DNA of 15,599 bases from a virus. The DNA is taken from IMG/VR virus record IMGVR_UViG_3300037175_000342, positions 1 through 15,599 of that record; one strand, 5' to 3'. The first letter of the stretch is position 1; every line of letters begins with the position of its first letter. Below the pieces are notes generated by a model, which ran no database searches, had not been told where the DNA came from, and saw only the letters and a list, made by a program, of their open reading frames with translations. Shown here piece after piece: positions 7,503 to 13,562 of this stretch. The translations under genes and the position numbers were made by a program.

Positions 7503-10053
7503 TTAAAAGCTGCGTTTCCACCTTGCCCGCAGTGTCGATTACCTTGCCGGCCGCCGCTACCTGGCCCGTAATCGTCCCTGAAGTCATCGCCGGATCAATC
7601 GCCGCCAGCCGCTCGCACAGCAGCACCATGTCCGCCGCCGCGCTACGCAGCATTCCCAAAGTCTGCTGCTGTACGGGCGCGTTCGGATCCGGCGGCTGGC
7701 TGGCAGCCTTCACCTTCAAGTCGAGCCCCGCCTTGCGCACGCCCTGCTGCGCCTGCATATCCTGACACATGCCAAAGTACTGCTCAATCTGGCTGTAGCC
7801 CACCGGATTCTTGATGCGCAGATCGGCGTTCTCAATGTAGAACTCGGTGATGGTCGGAATCACCACATCGAAGTTCTCCATGATTGAGGGTTCCACCGGC
7901 AGCTTCGACCCGATCGAGCCGTCGTCGTTCATCACCGGCATCGCCGTCTGCTCCAGCAGCGTGTTCATGTCCTCGAGCGTCTTGGCCCGCTGCGCGCTCA
8001 CTGGGCTCACAATGCCGGGGTAGAGTGTTGCTCCAATCACTTCCTGATTTGCCGGAACGTCGAAGATCGCCTGCGCCACCGGATTGCCCGCACTTAGCTC
8101 CTTCACCAGCATGTTGAAGCTCTCGCGGATCTGCTGCGGCGTCTGCGGCAGGCTCTGGTCTTCGTCCGGATACACCTTCACGCGGCCCTGCATCTTTTGC
8201 AGGTTCACATAGTTGGTGCGGAACTGCGCACCCTTATCCTGGATAACTTCGCTGATCTCCTGTGCCGCGCCGCACTTCAGCAGCACGGTCAGGCACTCAA
8301 TCGCGTTCTGGGCTGCTGCCGCGTGCTCTTCCTTTACATTCTCCCAGAAGGGCTCCAGGCCTGTCTGCCCGGATTGCTGCTGAATCTCCTGGCCGCCCAG
8401 CGTCTCCACGCCCGGTGTCGTGCCGTTGCCCGCCAGTTGCGCCGGCAGTCCGTTCAGCATCTGCGCAAAGTTCAGCAACATGCTCGGATACATCCCAAGC
8501 GCCGGATTGACCGGAATGTCGTAGTGCAAAAACGCTTCCTGCAAAGTCCGCTGCGATGCGCCAAACTTTGTGGGCACCGGTATCACCGTCGCCGGGGCCA
8601 GCGTGTTGCCCTTCCACTGGTCGCTGTCGATCATCGCCGCGTCAATCAGGTTCAGGCCGCAGCTCGCGCGCATCATCCAGTCGTCGTAGAGATACATCGC
8701 GTTGTTAAACCGCTCGTTAAAGCTGGTCACATTCTCGGCGATGCTCTGGGAGTAGATGCCGAAGTTCTCAAACAGCCGCCCCAGCGTCCACTCCTTCGTG
8801 AGGACGGCTTTCTTCACGCCCACCACTTCGCCGCCGATCATGGTCAACTTCAACCCGTCCGGCGCCGCCGCCATCATGCGCGCGGCATACTCGCGGTCGC
8901 CGGTGCGCATGTAGCTGGTCGGCTGCATCCACGCCTGGCCATACGTTGGCTTCTGCTGGTCCGTGTCGCTCGTGTATCCGGTGCCCATGGAGTAGCTTTC
9001 GCTTCTCCGTAGCTTGTCATAGCTCGCGTTCTCCGCGGTCGTCGACTCGGCGCCTTCCTTGATCTGGCCCCAGGCGTCCGGAAACATCATGCGCGCTTCG
9101 CCGATGTCGATTTCATAGTCAAAGGCCAGAATCGGCGTGCCGTCCAGGTCCTTTGCCATCGGGTCGCAATCCACCTCGAGCGGCGAGTGGATCGTTTGCT
9201 TCACCATGGCGCGCGGAATCTTCTCCATCTGCACCACGCCGAGCCGCGCCTTCGTCTCGCTCGGGTAGAAGCTGTCCTCGCGCATCTGCCGCTTGCAACC
9301 GGGGCACTCGGCGCCACTCTCGTCCATTTGCAGATCGTCGACCGGGGTTTCCCGGCCGCACCCCAAGCACCGCATCCGGTCGGGCAGTTTGATCTGCATC
9401 TCGCCCATCACCGGCTGAGTGTCGTATCCGCTCCAGCGTCCGTCCAGCACGCCGCGGGTGAATTTAAAGTAGGTCCCGTAGAGATACAGCATTTCAAACT
9501 CGCCGCGCACCATCTGGCGAATCTTGTTGCGCCGCTCAATGATACCCACCGCGTCCTGCGCCGCCGCCGCCGTCGTAATGTCGGCCAGGATGCGCGCGTC
9601 TTGCGGCTTCACCACGGTGTTGGGCACCTCGCGGCTCATGTTACCCACAAAGGTCTGCCCCAGTAATAGCGTCAACGGATGGATAAAGCGCTGCAGGTGC
9701 ACGCTCTCGCCGTCGCGCACTTTATCCGAGCCCTGATACCATGCCAGCGCGTCCACCCAGTTGCCGGTGTCCTGATTCCAGTCAATCACCTGAATGTTGC
9801 GGTAGAACATAACGTTTTTCAGCCATATCTGCATCCGCCGCAACCGGTCCGTGCCCCACTGGTTGCGATACATGCTGATGATCTTGACGCATTGCTGAAT
9901 GTCTTCTTTCGTCAAGTCGAGCTGCATCCACTGGTCTTGCCCGGTGCCCTGCGCGGGGTTCTCCGGGCTGACCGCGGCAACCTCGCTCGCCTGTGATCGC
10001 CCAGGGTCGGCGTTCGGCACCTTCATCGGCAACAGACTCGCTCCAGCGGCCAT
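7495..10053 (-). CDS. putative portal protein (852 aa) with inserted CxxC-x17-CxxC zinc ribbon
   Basis: This is the largest ORF. ATG 10053 is preceded by GGAGTGAGCTA. It lies directly upstream of the scaffold- and capsid-like genes. I found no Walker A motif, so it is not a terminase. The zinc ribbon CLGC...CPGC is at nt 9295..9369. The portal call is positional. Confidence 0.5.
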   Translation of the reverse strand: MAAGASLLPMKVPNADPGRSQASEVAAVSPENPAQGTGQDQWMQLDLTKEDIQQCVKIISMYRNQWGTDRLRRMQIWLKNVMFYRNIQVIDWNQDTGNWVDALAWYQGSDKVRDGESVHLQRFIHPLTLLLGQTFVGNMSREVPNTVVKPQDARILADITTAAAAQDAVGIIERRNKIRQMVRGEFEMLYLYGTYFKFTRGVLDGRWSGYDTQPVMGEMQIKLPDRMRCLGCGRETPVDDLQMDESGAECPGCKRQMREDSFYPSETKARLGVVQMEKIPRAMVKQTIHSPLEVDCDPMAKDLDGTPILAFDYEIDIGEARMMFPDAWGQIKEGAESTTAENASYDKLRRSESYSMGTGYTSDTDQQKPTYGQAWMQPTSYMRTGDREYAARMMAAAPDGLKLTMIGGEVVGVKKAVLTKEWTLGRLFENFGIYSQSIAENVTSFNERFNNAMYLYDDWMMRASCGLNLIDAAMIDSDQWKGNTLAPATVIPVPTKFGASQRTLQEAFLHYDIPVNPALGMYPSMLLNFAQMLNGLPAQLAGNGTTPGVETLGGQEIQQQSGQTGLEPFWENVKEEHAAAAQNAIECLTVLLKCGAAQEISEVIQDKGAQFRTNYVNLQKMQGRVKVYPDEDQSLPQTPQQIRESFNMLVKELSAGNPVAQAIFDVPANQEVIGATLYPGIVSPVSAQRAKTLEDMNTLLEQTAMPVMNDDGSIGSKLPVEPSIMENFDVVIPTITEFYIENADLRIKNPVGYSQIEQYFGMCQDMQAQQGVRKAGLDLKVKAASQPPDPNAPVQQQTLGMLRSAAADMVLLCERLAAIDPAMTSGTITGQVAAAGKVIDTAGKVETQLLKQ

Positions 10054-10069
10054 TAGCTCACTCCGTTCG

Positions 10070-10097
10070 CAGTGGTCAGTTCACAGTGCACAGTAAT
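10070..10097. repeat. phased heptad tract x4
   Basis: Plus strand reads cagtggt cagttca cagtgca cagtaat. Sense is CUG-N4 x4. It lies in the spacer between the 133-aa gene's stop and the portal-like RBS. Confidence 0.8.
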
Positions 10098-10498
10098 TAG
10101 TTTGCCTTCCCCGAGAGCCCGTAAGTGCCATCCTTGATGGCTTCTCGGACTGCCCGGTGCACATCGTCAAAACTCGCGCGCCGCTCGGGCATCGGCGGCA
10201 CCGCAGTGGGTTTTTCCGATTCACGATCCCTGACTTCCGCTGTGTCTCGCTTCTGGTAGATTGCTGGTTGTCCGCTCAACTGCACAATGCGATCGGTCAG
10301 CAATTCCCGCTTCGCTTCACTTGCCATCAGGTCCGCGCGTAGTTGCTTGATCTCGTCCTTCAACTCCACAACCTGCGCCGCGGCCAGATCCCGGTAGCGT
10401 TCGCCGTCCCGAGTATTCGCCTCAATAATCAGGCTGAGCGTCTTTTCGCGCGTCAGCGCAGCATCCAGTTCCGTTCGGCCTACCCAAGGACTTCTCAT
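10097..10498 (-). CDS. hypothetical coiled-coil protein (133 aa)
   Basis: Track ORF. ATG 10498 overlaps the stop of a 22-codon ORF (TCATGA). It has a heptad-like helical stretch (AAAQVVELKDEIKQLRADLMASEAKRELLTDRIVQL). Confidence 0.6.
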   Translation of the reverse strand: MRSPWVGRTELDAALTREKTLSLIIEANTRDGERYRDLAAAQVVELKDEIKQLRADLMASEAKRELLTDRIVQLSGQPAIYQKRDTAEVRDRESEKPTAVPPMPERRASFDDVHRAVREAIKDGTYGLSGKAN

Positions 10499-10563
10499 GA
10501 AAACAACCCCATCAAAAACGCTTTAAACCATTCCTTTTGCTCATCTTTCGCTGGTTTCTTCAT
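10495..10563 (-). CDS. candidate 22-aa micro-ORF (MKKPAKDEQKEWFKAFLMGLFS)
   Basis: Not in the track because it is too short. The sense strand reads TGA-GGAGAAC-ATG AAG AAA ... TCA TGA. It has a strong SD at correct spacing. It starts right after the upstream gene's stop and ends in an ATGA overlap with the next gene. Confidence 0.3.
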   Translation of the reverse strand: MKKPAKDEQKEWFKAFLMGLFS

Positions 10564-10570
10564 GTTCTCC

Positions 10571-10954
10571 TCAGATCCATTCAGTTACGACAATCGCTGT
10601 TGCAGTCGCTGTCTGGCTGGTTACCTGTGCGATCGGTGTGCCCAATCCCGCCGGACCACCAGGCCCAATCGGCTGGCCGCCGGAGCCGCCGTTCCCGATC
10701 GGAACCGTGTTGGGCGGATGATCGCCCGGATAGCCGGAAAACTCGTATTGTCCGGAGGTGTCCACCAGTTGAGCCGGCCCCACATCGTATTGTCCGAATG
10801 GCTTGGCCTTCAGTTCGTTCACAATCAACCCCTGGGGATTCCCACCCGGCGATTGAAGTTCCTGGATCAGCATCTTGCTTGACAACTCTGTGCACCGGAC
10901 AATGAATGGAGCGCTGCCAGCCGCCGGCACGTTATATTGGGATACTTTCTGCAT
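10571..10954 (-). CDS. hypothetical Gly/Pro-rich protein (127 aa)
   Basis: Track ORF 10571..10978 starts at a TTG. I prefer ATG 10954 (MQKVSQYN...), 5 nt after GAGGAG. The C-terminal half is Gly/Pro-rich (GNGGSGGQPIGPGGPAGLG). Confidence 0.6.
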   Translation of the reverse strand: MQKVSQYNVPAAGSAPFIVRCTELSSKMLIQELQSPGGNPQGLIVNELKAKPFGQYDVGPAQLVDTSGQYEFSGYPGDHPPNTVPIGNGGSGGQPIGPGGPAGLGTPIAQVTSQTATATAIVVTEWI

Positions 10955-11080
10955 CGCAACTCCTCTTGACCTGAACAAGTTTGCCGGGCTGTGAGGGAGG
11001 TCGGCCCACCAGCCCGGCTCCTGCGCCGACCCACGTGGTGGGTGCTCCGCCAGCCTTCCCCGAGCCGGCTCTGCGCAAGC

Positions 11081-11560
11081 CTAACTATTTGTGCCCAACA
11101 ACTCATGGTACTTCGCTTCGAGTGTAGCCATTGAGTGCCCCCCCTGTCCATATGCGTTTCCAGGGAAGCTCGCCCAAATGTTTGCGCAGGCCTCAATTGC
11201 CCCGCCAATATCGCCCGCCTCAATCTTTTCCAACGCGCCGCGTTCCTTCATTTGCTGCAACGCCACCGCATCCTGACTGTTCGGGCTAAAGTCCGGTAGA
11301 TGCAACTGCTTTTTGTAGGCGCGCCAGTATCGCGCAAGAATCTGATAGCGGCCGGCGGCCGACGACACCAGTCGCGGCGATTCACGCACCACCACCACAC
11401 CGCCCAACGCAAACGGATGGTCGGCGTAGTTTGTGAACACGGACGGACCCTCCACGCCGGTCACAATCACGTCGTAGCCTTGATTCTCCGTGAGCGGGCT
11501 CGTGCTGGTTCCCTCACTCCATCCAATCAAGTCGAAAAACGCTTTTTGCTTGGCGTCCAT
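11081..11560 (-). CDS. endolysin, phage lambda R-like lytic transglycosylase (GH104)
   Basis: The 159 aa match lambda R (recalled from memory) along the whole length. Matches include KAFFDLIGWSEGT (lambda KAFLDMLAWSEGT, catalytic Glu), GYDVIV, AGRYQILARYWRAYKKQLHLPDFSPNSQDAVALQQMKERGAL and IWASFPG. The RBS GAAGGAATTGA precedes the ATG. Confidence 0.9.
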   Translation of the reverse strand: MDAKQKAFFDLIGWSEGTSTSPLTENQGYDVIVTGVEGPSVFTNYADHPFALGGVVVVRESPRLVSSAAGRYQILARYWRAYKKQLHLPDFSPNSQDAVALQQMKERGALEKIEAGDIGGAIEACANIWASFPGNAYGQGGHSMATLEAKYHELLGTNS

Positions 11561-11573
11561 TCAATTCCTTCGC

Positions 11574-11918
11574 TCAAAAACCAACAGCCGTCGTAAGCTG
11601 CGGCTGTTGGCCGTTACGGCGCCTTTCAAGCTCTTCCGGAGAAAGGAATCCGATATGTTTGCCGCGTGTCTCAATCACCCAAGCGATCTCGGTCATTTCA
11701 TACAAGGTGAGCTTTCCCTGCTCCACAAATCGGTTACATTCGGCGATCTGTGTTCTGATCACCGGGGCTCCCTGTAAAGCGTCGCAGCGTTTTTCTTCTC
11801 TGCCTGTCAATGCACTGCGCCGTCGCAGGCAGAAACGGCAACTTACGCAGGCATCAGCCGATCCCTGTACGGTCGCACCTTGAATCTTTCCAACCAGCGG
11901 ATTTGCATTGATATTCAA
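11574..11918 (-). CDS. hypothetical Cys-rich protein (114 aa)
   Basis: Track ORF is 11574..11978. I prefer TTG 11918 (MNINANPLVGK...), 6 nt after GGGAG, which removes the 49-nt overlap with the upstream gene. It contains CVSCRFC plus two more Cys. Its last codons form a terminator hairpin. Confidence 0.5.
   Translation of the reverse strand: MNINANPLVGKIQGATVQGSADACVSCRFCLRRRSALTGREEKRCDALQGAPVIRTQIAECNRFVEQGKLTLYEMTEIAWVIETRGKHIGFLSPEELERRRNGQQPQLTTAVGF
11576..11610 (-). terminator. intrinsic terminator overlapping the last codons of the Cys-rich gene
   Basis: Sense sequence is CCAACAGCCG-CAGCTTACGA-CGGCTGTTGG-TTTTT. This is a perfect 10-bp stem, a 10-nt loop and U5, ending in the TGA stop 14 nt before the endolysin ATG. 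Confidence 0.5.
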
Positions 11919-11929
11919 CTTCAACTCCC

Positions 11930-12205
11930 TCAGTAGTGCCGCGCCGCGATACGGTTGGACACGAGCGCATCCAGCCAATGATTCCAGAAATGGACGTGGT
12001 AGAACTGCTGGACGGGCGGACCGCGCTGGTTCTGCGGGGCGGCCGCGATTAGCTCAAACTCGTTCGGCCAGTAGCAGGAGTTGATTCCGGCGATTGCTTG
12101 GGCGCCGGGGTCCGTCTTTGTGGGGTCCGGCATGGACTCGTAGCGCGGAGGCGTCCTGTCCTCATTGGGCAGGAGGAACGGGTAGCAAATGTCGAATGAA
12201 CTCAC
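11930..12205 (-). CDS. hypothetical 91-aa protein, weak GH108-like (lysozyme N-terminal domain) resemblance
   Basis: The GTG start forms a GTGA overlap with the upstream stop. FDICYPFLLPNED...DPTKTDPGAQAIAGIN...FYHVHFWNHWLDAL loosely follows the GH108 pattern (F..a..fvL.hEGG...dp.DpGG.T.yGI ... Y....W..l). The EGG and GG signatures are degenerate here. Confidence 0.4.
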   Translation of the reverse strand: MSSFDICYPFLLPNEDRTPPRYESMPDPTKTDPGAQAIAGINSCYWPNEFELIAAAPQNQRGPPVQQFYHVHFWNHWLDALVSNRIAARHY

Positions 12206-12471
12206 TGCGGGATTCCCTCAATTTTCTTGGCGAACGCATTCATCACGTCCTGCTCACAGTGGAATCCGGCCAGTTTGAGCGCCCAGCCGAATACGGGCAC
12301 CGCGATCGTGACGGTCAGCACAGGAACGGCTAACAGCCATGAGAAGTTGATGCCATAGGAGGAATCGCTACCGTCCTCGCTGTCGATGGTCAGGCCGGCG
12401 TCGGAGTGCATGACCTGTTTGATGGCCTGCCAGCGCTCAGGAGTGATGCCCTGGAATGTCTGAGTAATCAT
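12202..12471 (-). CDS. hypothetical membrane-anchored protein (89 aa)
   Basis: Track ORF is 12202..12507. I prefer ATG 12471 (MITQTFQG...), preceded by GGAGGAAGGATTCT and in an ATGA overlap with the DUF3307 stop. It has one C-terminal hydrophobic helix (FSWLLAVPVLTVTIAVPVFGWAL). Confidence 0.6.
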   Translation of the reverse strand: MITQTFQGITPERWQAIKQVMHSDAGLTIDSEDGSDSSYGINFSWLLAVPVLTVTIAVPVFGWALKLAGFHCEQDVMNAFAKKIEGIPQ

Positions 12472-12800
12472 AGAATCCTTCCTCCGTAAACTACCAGAAT
12501 CGCCCATAAAATCTTACAGCCGTAATGAATCGCCTGATCTTGATTGAAGTCGATTAGCTTCTCGCACTTGGCCCAATCTGTCAGCCAGTGAATCACCAGT
12601 TCTACAATGCCGAGTATCAATGACCCCGTGATGAGATAAACCGCCGCAGCCTGAATCAACGCATGGGCTGTGAGGAGTTGCCACCATGCCATTCCCGGAA
12701 TCGGCGTGTGTCGATTCTTACCCTTGGCTAAAAAATCGCCCTGCAACGGGTAGTCGCAGAGCGCGTGTGCAGCGAACATTAAGAAGATCAAACGAAACAT
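12468..12800 (-). CDS. DUF3307-family membrane protein (110 aa)
   Basis: The N-terminal AAHALCDYPLQ matches the DUF3307 signature H..(L/x)DYxLQ as I recall it. It has about 3 hydrophobic helices. ATG 12800 is preceded by GAGGTGAGTT. Spot GC is ~48%, lower than the structural genes. Confidence 0.7.
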   Translation of the reverse strand: MFRLIFLMFAAHALCDYPLQGDFLAKGKNRHTPIPGMAWWQLLTAHALIQAAAVYLITGSLILGIVELVIHWLTDWAKCEKLIDFNQDQAIHYGCKILWAILVVYGGRIL

Positions 12801-12812
12801 AACTCACCTCGC

Positions 12813-12851
12813 AAAAGGCGGCGGCCCGGCTGTTTGAGTGACCGAGCCGCC
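12813..12851 (-). terminator. terminator- or attenuator-like hairpin upstream of the DUF3307 gene
   Basis: Sense sequence is GGCGGCTCGG-TCACTCAAACAG-CCGGGCCGCC-GCC-TTTT. This is a 10-bp stem (one G:U), a 3-nt spacer and a short U4 run, followed by GCGAGGTGAGTT-ATG. The short U run makes it weak. Confidence 0.3.
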
Positions 12852-12884
12852 TGTTAGTCCCGGTGCGTCCGGGGTGAAGGTTTT

Positions 12885-12990
12885 GCGCGTCCAGCCGGAA
12901 TGGTTTCTCACCACCGACCTTCGGGTTTCCAGCCCGATGCTCTAGCAGGTTTCTATCGCCTGCCGCTTCTGAGCTACAGCTGAAACGCGC
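12885..12990 (-). ncRNA. candidate structured RNA, tRNA-like four-way cloverleaf (not a canonical tRNA)
   Basis: The closing helix is GCGCG-UUU-CAGC / GCUG-GA-CGCGC. Arm 2 is GCUC...GAGC capped by GCAGG-CGAUAGAAA-CCUGC. Arm 3 is UCGGG-CUGGAAA-CCCGA, a 5-bp stem with a 7-nt loop (U at position 2, purine after GGA). Arm 4 is CGGUGGU-GAGAA-ACCA(UU)CCG. UAGCUCAG and AGGUC are tRNA-like. It lacks a TPsiC loop, GG in the D loop and a 7-bp acceptor with CCA. Confidence 0.3.
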
Positions 12991-12997
12991 AAACTCG

Positions 12998-13548
12998 TTA
13001 CTCGCTGTGATGCTTCAGCGCGTACACCCTGTTGAATGCCCTTTTCGCAGCGCTCGGTGTAGCGCTCGGAGTCCCAAAAAGCTGGTGCGACAGTCCCGCG
13101 CTGATGGTGTAGAACTGATCCTGTCCAATGAGTCCTCCGCCAGCATAGCCGCCCGTGAAGGTAGTTGCGGGAGTAAGGGCAACCTGAAAGTTTAACCTGC
13201 CCTCCAGCCCCGGCTTGGTCGTGCCGTTCGGCAACGTCGCCACGCCGCCGGCAAAGTCGATGCTGAGGCTCACCTGGTCCGGGTTGAAATTCATCTTGCT
13301 CAAGATGGGTGTCAGGTCCGGCTGGTAGTTCAGGAGGCCACCGTACAGCTCAAAGGCACCCGGAACGAGAAGATGTTGTTTTTCTGCGCTCCGGCGTAGA
13401 AGACGGGAACCTGGAAGGGCGTCAACTCAGTCCCCATATTCCAGCCATGCTGGTAGTAGACTGCCGAGGCTGTGCCGCCCGCGGTCACTTGCGCCACGGC
13501 GGGAATGCTCAATGCGAGAATGCTGCAAATCAGGATGATGCGTTTCAT
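12998..13548 (-). pseudogene. signal-peptide, Gly/Thr-rich beta-rich secreted or outer-membrane-like protein, split by a frameshift
   Basis: ORF 13330..13548 (MKRIILICSILALSIPAVAQ|VTAGG..., strong AGGAGAAACCC RBS) stops at 13330. The frame of ORF 12998..13303 is already open from ~13425. It reads ...LLVPGAFELYGGLLNYQPDLTPILSKMNFNPDQ with no stop. One extra A in the A5 run (13379..13383) would fuse them into ~180 aa. Confidence 0.5.
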
Positions 13549-13562
13549 GGGTTTCTCCTATT

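Noticed and set aside
8197-9012. Long plus-strand ORFs antisense to the structural genes (e.g. 409..936, 1855..2346, 4132..4662, 6037..6720, 8197..9012, 9187..9666, 10343..10882).
   Set aside because: Their translations are Arg/His/Pro/Leu-rich and low complexity. They lack RBSs and lie in the codon-aligned antisense register, where GC-rich genes rarely create stops. They are typical shadow ORFs. Only 14501..15349 differs, having family-like sequence, an SD and a -10 element.
10082-10088. CACAGTG / CACTGTG heptamers identical to the V(D)J RSS or transposon-end heptamer (also at 295-301 and 7482-7488).
   Set aside because: They arise automatically from adjacent CAGTG/CACTG heptad units. There is no nonamer partner, no 12/23 spacing and no transposase nearby.
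10097-10978. The genes after the endolysin as an Rz/Rz1-type spanin pair.
   Set aside because: None has an N-terminal TM helix or a lipobox. The coiled-coil protein alone is insufficient evidence.
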